The notes under the pieces: model-generated
The model's database searches: none
What the model saw: the letters and a program-made list of their open reading frames with translations, nothing else
What the model was told of the DNA's origin: nothing
Made by a program: the position numbers and the translations under genes
Shown here: positions 20,030 through 30,408 of the stretch, in pieces
Layout: the number at the start of each line of letters is the position of its first letter
Numbering within the stretch: the stretch's first letter is position 1
Sequence record: SRR9188677_110
DNA length: 64,000 nt
Reading direction: 5' to 3' (one strand)

Positions 20030-21415
20030 ATGCCTTCTAAATCAAAAACATCCACCTTATTTCATCAAAAATTTACCTTTCGTTTAATTATTAGGTTGTT
20101 ACTAATTAACCTGCTTGGTGTGTTATTGGTCTATCTTATCCTAAAAACACAACTTTGGTTTACTATAACAGGTGTCAGTTTAATTTTATTGGGCAGCATT
20201 ATTTCGCTTTACTATTACATTAACCAAATTAGAGAAGATATCCAACGCTTTATACTAGCAGTAAAAACAAGAGACCACACGTTAAACTTTAAAAACAAGG
20301 CTACCAAAGGCAGTTTTCCTGAACTTTATGAATCCTTTAATGACATCATTCAAACACATAAAGACATTCAGCTAGAACAGGATGCTATTTTTCAGCTTAT
20401 TAAAGCAATTTTAGAGCAAGTTCCGGTAGGGGTTATTGTAGTTAAGAAGAACAAAAATAGTATAGACAAATCAGAAATCTCCTTTTTTAATTTAGCGGCG
20501 AGTAATTTATTAAATGTGCCAGCTTATAGCTATTGGGAGCGATTTGCAAAGCATTTGCCCATTTTTACAAATGAGATACAAACCATAGAAGCTGGTGGTA
20601 AAAGATTTATCGAGCTTAAAATACAAGATAAATTCATTCAGTTGTCTTTAGAAGTTATTCCAATTAATCTATATGGTGTTGATTATAATATCATCTCTTT
20701 CCAAAATATTAAAGATGAAATTGAGCAAAAAGAAACCGAGGCTTGGAATCGCTTAATTGGCGTTATCTCGCATGAGATTTTAAATTCTATTACGCCAATA
20801 AGCTCATTATCTGATACGGTTAATGCCATGATTAGCAATAAGCAAAACCTAAATGAAGAAGAATTAGAAGAACTTAAGCCTGCTCTATTAACCATTAAAC
20901 GCAGATCTGAAGGCTTGTTAGATTTTGTAAAAGATTACAGATTAATAGCCGAATTACCAACTCCAAATATTGCACAACACAGCATAGGAGAAATTTTGCA
21001 ACACATTAAAGTGTTGATGAAACCTATGGTTGCCGCTAAGCAAATTAAATTAGAAGTGCTACAAACCTCTTCTAAAATAACACTTCAAATAGATTTAAAA
21101 TTAATAGAACAGGCTTTAATTAACCTGATTACCAATAGCATGTATGCTTTGGCAAATACGGCAAATGCAGTAATTGAAGTTACATACCGACTAGAACATA
21201 ATAAGGTTTACATTGATGTGATTGATAACGGCAAAGGCATACCTGAACCCAACCTAGAGAAAATATTTGTGCCGTTTTACACCACACGCAAAAATGGATC
21301 GGGAATTGGCCTAACCATTACCAGAAATATAATGAAAATGCACCAAGGAGGAATAGAAGTAAACTCTATACCTAATAGGAAAACAACTTTTTCTTTGATT
21401 TTTAATTACTTATAA
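20030..21415 (+). CDS. Sensor histidine kinase (NtrY/NtrB-like), likely partner of the NtrC regulator
   Basis: 2 TM, SHEILNSITP H-box, NLITNS, DNGKGI, GSGIGL. Confidence 0.92.
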   Translation: MPSKSKTSTLFHQKFTFRLIIRLLLINLLGVLLVYLILKTQLWFTITGVSLILLGSIISLYYYINQIREDIQRFILAVKTRDHTLNFKNKATKGSFPELYESFNDIIQTHKDIQLEQDAIFQLIKAILEQVPVGVIVVKKNKNSIDKSEISFFNLAASNLLNVPAYSYWERFAKHLPIFTNEIQTIEAGGKRFIELKIQDKFIQLSLEVIPINLYGVDYNIISFQNIKDEIEQKETEAWNRLIGVISHEILNSITPISSLSDTVNAMISNKQNLNEEELEELKPALLTIKRRSEGLLDFVKDYRLIAELPTPNIAQHSIGEILQHIKVLMKPMVAAKQIKLEVLQTSSKITLQIDLKLIEQALINLITNSMYALANTANAVIEVTYRLEHNKVYIDVIDNGKGIPEPNLEKIFVPFYTTRKNGSGIGLTITRNIMKMHQGGIEVNSIPNRKTTFSLIFNYL

Positions 21416-21422
21416 CAGCTAA

Positions 21423-21893
21423 TTAATACTCTAAAGGTACAATTGGCTCCTTTTTAGTTGTAGACATGATCATCATTGTTTGGAAGGTTTTAACAACAGA
21501 TATTTTACTAATTTTATCCATTATTAAACGCTCATAAGCTTTAATATCATTCACATAAACCTTCAATAAAAAGTCGGCCTGCCCTGTTACGTGGTGGCAT
21601 TCAGTAATCTCTTTAATCTGGTTTACTTCATCCAAAAAGGTTTGGATGGTGTTATTTTTATGGAAATCTAATTGAATTTGAATAAAGGTTTTGATACCCA
21701 AGCCCAGTTTCTCTTCATCAACTAAGGCATGGTAACTTTTAATATAGCCAGACATTTCCAGTTTACGCACACGCTCTAGCGTTGGTGCAGGGGATAATCC
21801 AATTTCCTGAGACAATAGCAAGTTAGTGATACGCCCATTTTCTTGCAATAATTTTAAAATTTTAAAATCGATTTTATCCAGTTCTGTTGCCAT
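21423..21893 (-). CDS. Lrp/AsnC family transcriptional regulator
   Basis: LDKIDFKILKLLQENGR...GLSPAPTLERVRKLE; CHHVTG; start placed at ATG 21893. Confidence 0.9.
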   Translation of the reverse strand: MATELDKIDFKILKLLQENGRITNLLLSQEIGLSPAPTLERVRKLEMSGYIKSYHALVDEEKLGLGIKTFIQIQLDFHKNNTIQTFLDEVNQIKEITECHHVTGQADFLLKVYVNDIKAYERLIMDKISKISVVKTFQTMMIMSTTKKEPIVPLEY

Positions 21894-21993
21894 AGTTATC
21901 AAATATTGATCAAAGGTAGAATTCAATTGTAAATATGCCAAATTTAATTTTAAAAAAACATACAAAAATTACTTTTTATTTTACAAAATATTT

Positions 21994-22009
21994 TTTAGGT
22001 TTGTCTAAA
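21994..22009. promoter_or_regulatory. Putative DtxR/MntR-type operator
   Basis: TTTAG-GTTTGT-CTAAA palindrome about 20 bp upstream of the mntR ATG; resembles DtxR-family TTAGG/CCTAA boxes. Confidence 0.5.
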
Positions 22010-22030
22010 TTAATTATTAGTCTAACAAAA

Positions 22031-22681
22031 ATGCAATCTTACTCTGAAGAGAATTACCTAAAAATCATTTATCATTTGTCGGCAGACCAGCATCCTGTTC
22101 AAACAAATGCTATTGCCGAGCGCATGCAAACTAAAGCCGCATCGGTAACTGACATGTTAAAAAAATTGGCCGAAAAAGCACTAGTAGATTATATCAAATA
22201 TCAAGGGGTAACCTTAACACCAAAAGGAAAACTAACAGCCATTAATATTGTTAGAAAACACCGGTTATGGGAAGTTTTTTTAGTGGAAAAATTAAACTTC
22301 AAATGGGATGAAGTGCATGATGTGGCAGAAGAATTAGAACATATCAAATCAACTTTGTTAGTAGAAAGATTGGATGAATTTTTAGATTATCCAAAGGTTG
22401 ATCCGCATGGAGATCCTATTCCAGACCAACACGGTAATTTCGCCTCCATATCTTTCATTAAGCTAAGCAAGTTAAAGTTAGGTGATAAAGGAACAATTAC
22501 TGGAGTAAGCGAACATTCATCACCGTTTTTAAAATATCTTGAAAAATTGGGACTAACCCTGGGTAAAAAAATCGAAATCACAGAGCTGATCAACTTTGAC
22601 GGTTCTGTAGAACTTTTGGTAGACAACAACACCATAAACATTAGTAGAGAAGTGGCCAAACACATTTTAATCAGTATATAA
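22031..22681 (+). CDS. mntR: DtxR/MntR-family metal-dependent repressor with C-terminal FeoA domain
   Basis: SEENYLKIIY, RKHRLWEVFL, AEELEH, DPHGDPIP; start placed at ATG 22031. Confidence 0.9.
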   Translation: MQSYSEENYLKIIYHLSADQHPVQTNAIAERMQTKAASVTDMLKKLAEKALVDYIKYQGVTLTPKGKLTAINIVRKHRLWEVFLVEKLNFKWDEVHDVAEELEHIKSTLLVERLDEFLDYPKVDPHGDPIPDQHGNFASISFIKLSKLKLGDKGTITGVSEHSSPFLKYLEKLGLTLGKKIEITELINFDGSVELLVDNNTINISREVAKHILISI

Positions 22682-22682
22682 C

Positions 22683-24542
22683 ATGAGTCAAAAGCAATCA
22701 CTTAGTGAGGTACATCAAAGTGTAGGTACAGATAAGCGCAAGGGATGGAAAAGAATTTTAGCTTTTATTGGTCCAGCTTACTTAGTTAGTGTAGGTTACA
22801 TGGACCCAGGCAATTGGGCTACAGATATTGCAGGTGGTAGCAAGTTTGGGTACCAATTAATTTGGGTGCTGTTAATGTCTAATCTTATCGCACTTTTACT
22901 GCAATCATTAAGTGCCAGATTAGGTATCGTTAGGGGTTTAGATTTAGCGCAAGCATCAAGAAATACCTATCCAAAATGGGTAAATTTCCCCTTATTTATT
23001 CTAGCGCAAACAGCAATTATAGCTTGTGATTTAGCAGAAATAATTGGTATGGCTATCGGCTTAAACTTACTTTTTAAGTTGCCACTAATTTGGGGAGTTT
23101 CCATTACCATTTTCGATACCGTGTTATTGCTTTTTTTGCTGAACAAAGGCATGCGCAAAATGGAGGCCTTTATTGTATCGATGGTATTTATTGTTGGCGT
23201 TTCCTTTTTGATAGAAATGTTTATTGTAGAACCTTCGTTAAAAGAAATAGCTCGTGGATTTGAGCCTTCTTTACTATCTGGCGATGCACTTTATATTGCT
23301 ATTGGTATTATAGGTGCCACGGTAATGCCCCACAACCTTTATTTACATTCATCTTTGGTACAAACCAGAAAATTTGATCGTGATAGCAGGGGCATAAAAG
23401 AAGCTATTAAATTTAATTTTATTGATACTACTATCGCCCTTAACTTGGCATTTTTTGTAAATGCGGCCATCCTAATTTTAGCGGCAGCTGCATTTTTTAA
23501 AAACGGTTTACATGAAGTTGCAGAAATACAGGATGCACATCGCTTGCTGAGCAATATATTCGGCAGCGTTGCTCCTGCCCTTTTCGCCATTGCCTTAATT
23601 GCAGCTGGCCAAAGTTCTACCGTTACAGGCACACTTGCTGGCCAAATTATTATGGAAGGCCATTTGAATTTAAGGATACAGCCATGGTTACGTAGGTTAA
23701 TTACCAGGTTATTAGCCATAACGCCAGCATTTTGTACCATTTTATTTTTCGGGGAAGATGCCCTCGGTGGATTATTGATTTTGAGTCAGGTGGTGTTAAG
23801 CTTACAGCTAGGATTTGCAGTTATCCCACTAATCCATCTAACTTCTGATCAGAAGGAAATGAAAGAATTTACCATTAAAACTTGGGTAAAGGTATTGGCC
23901 TGGCTTAGTGCAATAACTATTGTTAGCTTAAACATTAAATTAGTAATAGAAGAAATTACTGGATGGATGCAAACCGCAAACGGTTGGTACATTTATGTAA
24001 TTGTTATTCCGATAGCAATTTTGATAGGCTTATTGCTGGTGTTTATTTTCGTTTATCCACTATTAAAAAAAGCTACAAGAGATGGGAATGTACCACATGG
24101 TGATGCCTTGTTAATTGGTGAAATTACGCCAATTAATTACCGAAAAATTGGTATAACGGTAGACTTTTCTGATCATGATAGAAAAACCATTAGGCATGCA
24201 TTGATACAAGGTGGTAAGGAAGCCAATTACTATTTAATTCATATTGTTGAAACAGCAGCAGCAAGGTACCACGGCAGTACAACCATGGACCACGAAACGC
24301 AAGCTGATCTACAAAACCTTGAAAAATACTGTACCAACCTAAAAGAAATGGGCTATGCTGCCACACCACATATAGGTTTTGGAGGTACTGCAAATGCTAT
24401 TGCAGCAATAACCAAGCAAACACAACTAGAGTTACTTGTAATGGGTGCACATGGGCATAAAGGCATTAAAGACCTTGTTTTTGGCACCACAGTAAATGCT
24501 GTAAGGCACAAAGTGGATATACCTGTATTAATCATTAGATAA
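22683..24542 (+). CDS. mntH: Nramp-family Mn2+/Fe2+ transporter with C-terminal universal stress protein domain
   Basis: YMDPGNW and GATVMPHNLYLHS Nramp motifs; C-terminal LLVMGAHGH...FGTT USP motif. Confidence 0.92.
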   Translation: MSQKQSLSEVHQSVGTDKRKGWKRILAFIGPAYLVSVGYMDPGNWATDIAGGSKFGYQLIWVLLMSNLIALLLQSLSARLGIVRGLDLAQASRNTYPKWVNFPLFILAQTAIIACDLAEIIGMAIGLNLLFKLPLIWGVSITIFDTVLLLFLLNKGMRKMEAFIVSMVFIVGVSFLIEMFIVEPSLKEIARGFEPSLLSGDALYIAIGIIGATVMPHNLYLHSSLVQTRKFDRDSRGIKEAIKFNFIDTTIALNLAFFVNAAILILAAAAFFKNGLHEVAEIQDAHRLLSNIFGSVAPALFAIALIAAGQSSTVTGTLAGQIIMEGHLNLRIQPWLRRLITRLLAITPAFCTILFFGEDALGGLLILSQVVLSLQLGFAVIPLIHLTSDQKEMKEFTIKTWVKVLAWLSAITIVSLNIKLVIEEITGWMQTANGWYIYVIVIPIAILIGLLLVFIFVYPLLKKATRDGNVPHGDALLIGEITPINYRKIGITVDFSDHDRKTIRHALIQGGKEANYYLIHIVETAAARYHGSTTMDHETQADLQNLEKYCTNLKEMGYAATPHIGFGGTANAIAAITKQTQLELLVMGAHGHKGIKDLVFGTTVNAVRHKVDIPVLIIR

Positions 24543-24544
24543 GC

Positions 24545-25372
24545 ATGAGAAAAATCATTTACCTATTGGCCTTTTGCTTTTTTATGCAGAGCGATGTTTT
24601 TGCGCAATTAGCTCCAGTAAAAAAATACAACTTATTCAATCCTGTTCCTAAGGATAGCCTAAGAGAACTAGAAACCGATAGACCGGACGTTACCGAAAGC
24701 CCAAAAACAGTGGATGCTGGGCACTTCCAGATAGAAACTGACTTGTTTAAAACGACTAGAAACAAGGGAAATGGCATCGAAACAGTAGCAAACAATTATA
24801 ACTTAGCCAACCTAAAATTAGGCTTAACGAATAGTACAGATATCCAACTTGTTGTAGCCAGTTACGTAAATAGCTACGATAAAATATCAGGCATTAAAAT
24901 AAATGAAACCTTAGGATTTGGCGATTTAACCTTACGCCTTAAACAAAATTTATGGGGCAATGATGGGGATGGCAAAACTGCATTAGCATTGTTACCATAT
25001 ATAAATTTTCCAACTGGTAAGCAAAGCGATGCAATTGAAGGAGGGATTACCGCTCCTTTTAGTGTTCATCTTTCAGATAAATATCACTTGGGCACACAAG
25101 TGCAATTGGATATTGTAAAATCTGAAGGCAAAGGTTACCATGCAAGTTTTTTGCAATCATTAGCACTTTGCAGAATGCTTTCTGATAAGTTTGAAACTTT
25201 TGTAGAGAGCTTTTACAACTACGATTTAGAAATGAAAAAATTTGATTTTTCGGTAAATGGTGGCGCTAGTTATCTGGCGACAAAAAATCTTAAGTTTGAT
25301 GCAGGTATAAACATTGGCTTAACTAAAAACACAGATAAAGTTTACTTTATCGGCTTTTCTTTCAGATATTAG
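24545..25372 (+). CDS. Outer-membrane beta-barrel 'transporter' family protein (MetA-pathway/CopB-like)
   Basis: Signal peptide, TDRPDVTESP motif, GFGDLTLRLK, C-terminal aromatic (GFSFRY). Confidence 0.65.
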   Translation: MRKIIYLLAFCFFMQSDVFAQLAPVKKYNLFNPVPKDSLRELETDRPDVTESPKTVDAGHFQIETDLFKTTRNKGNGIETVANNYNLANLKLGLTNSTDIQLVVASYVNSYDKISGIKINETLGFGDLTLRLKQNLWGNDGDGKTALALLPYINFPTGKQSDAIEGGITAPFSVHLSDKYHLGTQVQLDIVKSEGKGYHASFLQSLALCRMLSDKFETFVESFYNYDLEMKKFDFSVNGGASYLATKNLKFDAGINIGLTKNTDKVYFIGFSFRY

Positions 25373-25381
25373 CAGCTTATT

Positions 25382-25831
25382 ATGAAAAACGATATCCAAA
25401 TAAAAAATAAGCGAGCTTATTTTGACTATCATATTTTAGAAAGTTTTGTGGCTGGCATCGCCTTACTTGGAACTGAGATTAAAGCAATTAGACAAGGTAA
25501 AGCGAACATGACCGATGCATTTTGTATGTTTATAGGAAATGTTTTGTATGTAAGAAATCTGCATATTTCTGAGTATAGCCATAGTTCATTTCACCACCAT
25601 GACATTAAAAGAGACCGCGTTTTATTGTTAAAGAAAAAAGAACTTAAAAAGCTTAAGGTAAAAGGAGAAGAAAAGGGCTTTACCATTGTACCGCTAAGAA
25701 TTTTCACTAATGAAAGAGGCTTTGCTAAAATGGAAATTGCTTTAGCACAAGGCAAAAAAGAGTTTGACAAAAGAGATAGTATTAAAGATAGAGAAAGCAA
25801 ACGTGAGATGGATAGAGCTATGAAAATTTAA
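25382..25831 (+). CDS. smpB: SsrA-binding protein
   Basis: NKRAYFDY, AGIALLGTEIKAIR, GKKEFDKR. Confidence 0.97.
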   Translation: MKNDIQIKNKRAYFDYHILESFVAGIALLGTEIKAIRQGKANMTDAFCMFIGNVLYVRNLHISEYSHSSFHHHDIKRDRVLLLKKKELKKLKVKGEEKGFTIVPLRIFTNERGFAKMEIALAQGKKEFDKRDSIKDRESKREMDRAMKI

Positions 25832-25847
25832 TGAGTTGTCATTATCA

Positions 25848-25917
25848 AACTCACAACATAAAACTTACAACTTATAACTTATAACTTATTACTTAGTACT
25901 TAGTACTTATAACTCAT
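25848..25917. repeat. Ten-unit degenerate heptamer tandem repeat (AACTTAT consensus) between convergent smpB and pcm
   Basis: aactcac aacataa aacttac aacttat aacttat aacttat tacttag tacttag tacttat aactcat. Confidence 0.85.
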
Positions 25918-26573
25918 TACCAAGCTTGGTCGCCAACTAAAGGAACAAACCTAAACGTATCTAGTTCAATTTTATCATAATCATTTTCGTTAACCCTAAT
26001 AACCGTAATCATTTTTTGTGATTTTTCATCTCCTACCGGGATCACTAAAATGCCCCCAATTTTAAGTTGCTTTAACAAAATTTCTGGAACAAATGGAGCT
26101 CCAGCCGTTACAATTATTTTATCATAAGGTGCATGCTCCTCAATGCCTTTCGAGCCATCGCCCAAAAAGAAGTTGGCTTTATAGCCCATTCCTGGCAGCA
26201 CTTTAAGCGTATGTTTGTAAATGTTAGGCTGGCGCTCTATAGTGAAAACATTAGCCCCTAGTTCCATTAAAATACAAGTTTGATAGCCAGATCCTGTACC
26301 TATCTCTAGTACTTTATCACCTTTTTGGATGTGAAGCAGCTCTGTTTGGTAAGCAACTGTATATGGCTGGGATATAGTTTGCCCATCGCCAATAGGAAAT
26401 GCGATATCTTTGTAAGCTTGATTCCAAAAGGTTTCATCAAAGAAAAAGTGACGAGGTACTTTAGCAATTGCTTTAAGCACTAGCTCATCAGCAATCCCTC
26501 TTTCTCTTAGCAGTTCAACTAATTTTTTTCTTGCACCTCTTTCTCTGTAATTATCAATAAACTTGTACGCCAT
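25917..26573 (-). CDS. pcm: Protein-L-isoaspartate O-methyltransferase
   Basis: GQTISQPY, VLEIGTGSGYQ, APYDKIIVTAGA, FVPLVG. Confidence 0.95.
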   Translation of the reverse strand: MAYKFIDNYRERGARKKLVELLRERGIADELVLKAIAKVPRHFFFDETFWNQAYKDIAFPIGDGQTISQPYTVAYQTELLHIQKGDKVLEIGTGSGYQTCILMELGANVFTIERQPNIYKHTLKVLPGMGYKANFFLGDGSKGIEEHAPYDKIIVTAGAPFVPEILLKQLKIGGILVIPVGDEKSQKMITVIRVNENDYDKIELDTFRFVPLVGDQAW

Positions 26574-26793
26574 GCTTAGTCAAAATTAGCTATTTAAACC
26601 CTTATTTTTTCACTAAATCAAAACATTTAACTAGACAAAAAGCTAATTATCACAAAATCAAATGCAAAAAAATAAAGTTTTAATCATCAATTTATAAATA
26701 AAGTAAACTTTATGTTGTACATTATGTTAAAAAATTAAATCGAGCATTTAAATAACAAATTATAGTTATTTTTGAAAGACTTTATTTTAGCGC

Positions 26794-27462
26794 ATGAAAA
26801 AATTATTACTTAGTATTTTTTGTTTATCATTTTATTTTACTGCGTTTGCACAGGTAGATGAAAATTATAGTATTGGATTAAAGGCATATAGTATTATGCA
26901 AATGCCTAAAATATTAAATCAAACTAATTCGCAAAGCTATAACAATGTGTTTTTTAATGGCTTATTGGTTAAATTTAACGACAATCAAATCAGCTATCGT
27001 TTAAGCGGGAATTATGTTAGAGAAGACATATCATTTGCAAACCAATGTGCATCTTGCGAAGTAGCTACTGGTAAAAGAACAGATTACTCTTTTAGCGTTG
27101 GCTTTGAAAAAAGCATTAATTATGCTAAAATACAGCCGTATTTCGGATCCGAAATAGGTTTTAGAGCTTCAAATTTTAATGGTGAAATAAGGAGCACAAA
27201 AAGTTCTCAAAATCCTTATACTGCCGACACAGACAAGAAAGGATTTTTGCTCACTCCATTAGTAGGTATTAAAATCTCTCCTATTAACCATGTTTCATTT
27301 TTTGCAGAAACAAGTTTAAACTTTTTTTACGCTTACGAACGCCAAGATTTTGTGCAACAAGATGCTGCAAGCACCAGAACATTTGCCAGTTATAACAAGT
27401 GGGAATTTTTACTAAATCCAGTTGCCGTGGGGATACAAATCCATTTGGTTAGTAAAAATTAA
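26794..27462 (+). CDS. Hypothetical secreted outer-membrane beta-barrel protein
   Basis: Signal peptide, alternating beta-strand pattern (IQPYFG, SFFAET), CxxC loop. Confidence 0.55.
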   Translation: MKKLLLSIFCLSFYFTAFAQVDENYSIGLKAYSIMQMPKILNQTNSQSYNNVFFNGLLVKFNDNQISYRLSGNYVREDISFANQCASCEVATGKRTDYSFSVGFEKSINYAKIQPYFGSEIGFRASNFNGEIRSTKSSQNPYTADTDKKGFLLTPLVGIKISPINHVSFFAETSLNFFYAYERQDFVQQDAASTRTFASYNKWEFLLNPVAVGIQIHLVSKN

Positions 27463-29936
27463 TACGGATCTACATCGATTTGTGTAATAACACTTTTAAA
27501 ATCTTTCTGTGCATTAAAATGCCTAATAGTATCTTTTAAAACAGTTTTTACTTTTTGTATCGCTATATTTTTTTCTGTTTTAATAATGATCTGTTTGATA
27601 TAATAATTTCTGATCCTTGCAATCAATGGTTGTTCTGGACCTAAAATTCTATTGCCTAACTGTGCTTTTAAGGAATTGGCTAATACTTGCGCAGCAACAT
27701 TAAGTACGTTGGCATCTTTATGTTTTACATTTACAAATATTAATCTGGTAAAGGGTGGATAATCAAACTGCTTGCGCTCGGCCAATTCATCAGCATACAT
27801 TTCTTCGTAATTATTTTCAATCACTTGTTTAATGATCCGATGGGTATCATCATATGCTTGGATGCAAACTTTACCTTGTTTATCCCTTCTTCCAGCCCTA
27901 CCTGCTACTTGTGCCAACAACTGATAACTTCTTTCAAAAGCTCTAAAGTCAGGATAGTTCAACAATGTATCAGCATTAATGACACCAATTAAGCTTACAT
28001 TATCAAAATCTAACCCTTTCGCTACCATTTGGGTTCCAATCAAAATTTCCGTTTTCTTATCCTGAAAATCGGAGATAATTTGTTGCATGCCATTTTTTGT
28101 ACGCGTGCTGTCTAAATCTAGCCGTGCTATTTTAACATCAGGAAAAATTAAACTGAGTTCCTCTTCTACACGCTCAGTTCCAAAGCCCTTTTGTTCAATA
28201 TGTACCGATCCGCAAGCAGGACAAATATTAATGCTATTTTGATGATAACCACAATAATGGCAATGTAACTTACCACTGGTTTTATGGTAAGTTAAACTTA
28301 CATCACAATTTACGCATTTTGGCGCATAGCCACAGGTTGCACAAATTAAAATGGTAGCATACCCTCTTCTATTTTGGAATAAAATAACTTGTTCTTTATT
28401 TTCCAGTGCTTCCGCGATATCATCTATAAGTACACTGGTAAAGTAGGAAGTCATTTTTTTACGCTTAGTTTCTTCAGCTATGCTTACTACTTGTTGTAAA
28501 GGAAGTTGTACGCCGCCAAAACGTTCGGTAATACTCACAAAACCATATTTGCCATTTTGTGCGTTGTAATAACTTTCTATAGATGGCGTTGCAGAGCCTA
28601 AAATAACTTTTGCTTGATGCAGATGGGCCAAAAATACCGCTGCATCTCTGGCTTGATACCTTGGAGCTGGTTCATGTTGCTTGTAAGAAGATTCATGCTC
28701 TTCATCTACAACAATAAGTTTAAGCGAATTGAAAGGTAAAAACACTGCCGACCGGGCACCCAAAACTACCTGATAAGCACCATTTAAAACCTTGTTCCAA
28801 ATCTCTACTCTTTCATTGTCATTAAACTTTGAATGGTATACACCAATTTTATCTCCAAAATATTGTTTAATTCTTTCTACAATTTGGGTAGTTAATGCAA
28901 TCTCTGGCAATAAAAAAAGCACCTGCCCTCCATCTGCTATTGCCAGCTCAATCAGTTTGATGTATAGCTGCGTTTTTCCGGAGGCTGTAATTCCGTGTAG
29001 TAAAACCACATCTTTGGTAACAAATTGCGTAGTTATATCATCAATTGCTTTCTGCTGTGCCTCACTTAGTTTAAAGTTAATTTCAAATTCGTCATTAGCA
29101 GTTGCAAGCCTACTTACTGTTCTTTTTTCTACTTGAAAAACATCCTTATCTGTTAATGATTTTAAGGCAGCTTGTCCACAGCCACTTTCTTCTAACAATT
29201 GTTGCTTAGGTATAAATGCATCAGCCTTAGCTAATTTTAAATAGCCTAATAGTGCATCAAGCTGTTTAGGTGCCCTTTCTAACACACCAAATAGCTCTTT
29301 TAAATGCTGTTCATCTTTATAAAAATCGTTTAGCTTGATAAAAGATTTCAGTAAAGGTTTATATTTTTCTACTACCTCTTCAGCAACATGCACTACTTCT
29401 TTGCCTAAAAGAGAATTAATAATTGGGTATACCGTTTTTTGGCCTAAAAGGGCTACTACATCATCAATACTAATTCTTTGTTGTTGATGTAATAAATTTA
29501 CAATTAAGCTTTCCTTTTCTGTTAACGCTAAAGTAGACGGAAGCTCGTCACGCAGTAATATGGTTGTTTCACTAGCTAATTTTAAACCTGTTGGTAACGC
29601 CGCTGCCATTACGTCTCCCTCATTACACAAATAGTATGAGGTAATCCAATCCCAAAATAAAAATTGCGTATCGGTAATTACCGGATGATCATCCACTACA
29701 TCAATTACATATTTAGCTTGATATAATTCTGGCGGCTGCTGGCCTATACTTTTAACAAGGGCAGTATAAATTTTATGCTTTCCAAATTGCACAACTACAC
29801 GTTTACCAACGGCTATTCGCTCATTAAGTTCATACGGAACCCTGTAAGTATAATTTATGGCCAATGATAAAGGCAAAATTACCTCAACAAATAAAGTTTC
29901 TCTTTCGGCAAAATCTATAGCTGTAGCAAATTGCAT
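27459..29936 (-). CDS. priA: Primosomal protein N' (replication restart helicase)
   Basis: LHGITASGKT, LLPEIALT, VDEEHE, QNRRGY, four CxxC motifs, GTQMVAKGLDF. Confidence 0.97.
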   Translation of the reverse strand: MQFATAIDFAERETLFVEVILPLSLAINYTYRVPYELNERIAVGKRVVVQFGKHKIYTALVKSIGQQPPELYQAKYVIDVVDDHPVITDTQFLFWDWITSYYLCNEGDVMAAALPTGLKLASETTILLRDELPSTLALTEKESLIVNLLHQQQRISIDDVVALLGQKTVYPIINSLLGKEVVHVAEEVVEKYKPLLKSFIKLNDFYKDEQHLKELFGVLERAPKQLDALLGYLKLAKADAFIPKQQLLEESGCGQAALKSLTDKDVFQVEKRTVSRLATANDEFEINFKLSEAQQKAIDDITTQFVTKDVVLLHGITASGKTQLYIKLIELAIADGGQVLFLLPEIALTTQIVERIKQYFGDKIGVYHSKFNDNERVEIWNKVLNGAYQVVLGARSAVFLPFNSLKLIVVDEEHESSYKQHEPAPRYQARDAAVFLAHLHQAKVILGSATPSIESYYNAQNGKYGFVSITERFGGVQLPLQQVVSIAEETKRKKMTSYFTSVLIDDIAEALENKEQVILFQNRRGYATILICATCGYAPKCVNCDVSLTYHKTSGKLHCHYCGYHQNSINICPACGSVHIEQKGFGTERVEEELSLIFPDVKIARLDLDSTRTKNGMQQIISDFQDKKTEILIGTQMVAKGLDFDNVSLIGVINADTLLNYPDFRAFERSYQLLAQVAGRAGRRDKQGKVCIQAYDDTHRIIKQVIENNYEEMYADELAERKQFDYPPFTRLIFVNVKHKDANVLNVAAQVLANSLKAQLGNRILGPEQPLIARIRNYYIKQIIIKTEKNIAIQKVKTVLKDTIRHFNAQKDFKSVITQIDVDPY

Positions 29937-30319
29937 TATTTATCTTTTAACGCAGCAAGAAATAAACAAATCCAACCTAAAATAAAACACAAACCTCCAA
30001 TTGGGGTAATTGGACCTATAAATGTTGTGGTAATATTAAAAATATCCTTAACCGCTAAAACATAAAGCGACCCTGAAAAGAATACAATGCCAACACTAAA
30101 AAAAATGGCTGATAAATTGATTAATTTATGCTTATATCTTGCAAATGTAGATAGATAAAGTAAAGCAAAAACATGGTAAAATTGATATTCAACTCCTTTT
30201 TGCCAAATCGCTAAAGATGCTTCATCGATTAATTTTTTAAGGGTATGTGCGCCAAAAGCACCAAATGCTACCGCTAAAGCGCCAAACAATGCCGCAGTAA
30301 GTATTATTCGTTTATTCAT
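29936..30319 (-). CDS. DUF423 family membrane protein
   Basis: GAFGAH, YQFYH, FSGSLY, GPITPIGG. Confidence 0.9.
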   Translation of the reverse strand: MNKRIILTAALFGALAVAFGAFGAHTLKKLIDEASLAIWQKGVEYQFYHVFALLYLSTFARYKHKLINLSAIFFSVGIVFFSGSLYVLAVKDIFNITTTFIGPITPIGGLCFILGWICLFLAALKDK

Positions 30320-30408
30320 AAAGACATCGGCTTAAACAAAACGCTAATTTAAGAAAATGCCCTTATAATCTCTGTAATCCCAAAATTAAATTAAATTTGC
30401 TATAGGTT

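Noticed and set aside
21894-22030. Overlapping N-terminal extensions of Lrp (to 21965) and MntR (from 21935)
   Set aside because: The extensions are low-complexity AT-rich translations covering the divergent promoter; family-typical starts are at 21893 and 22031.
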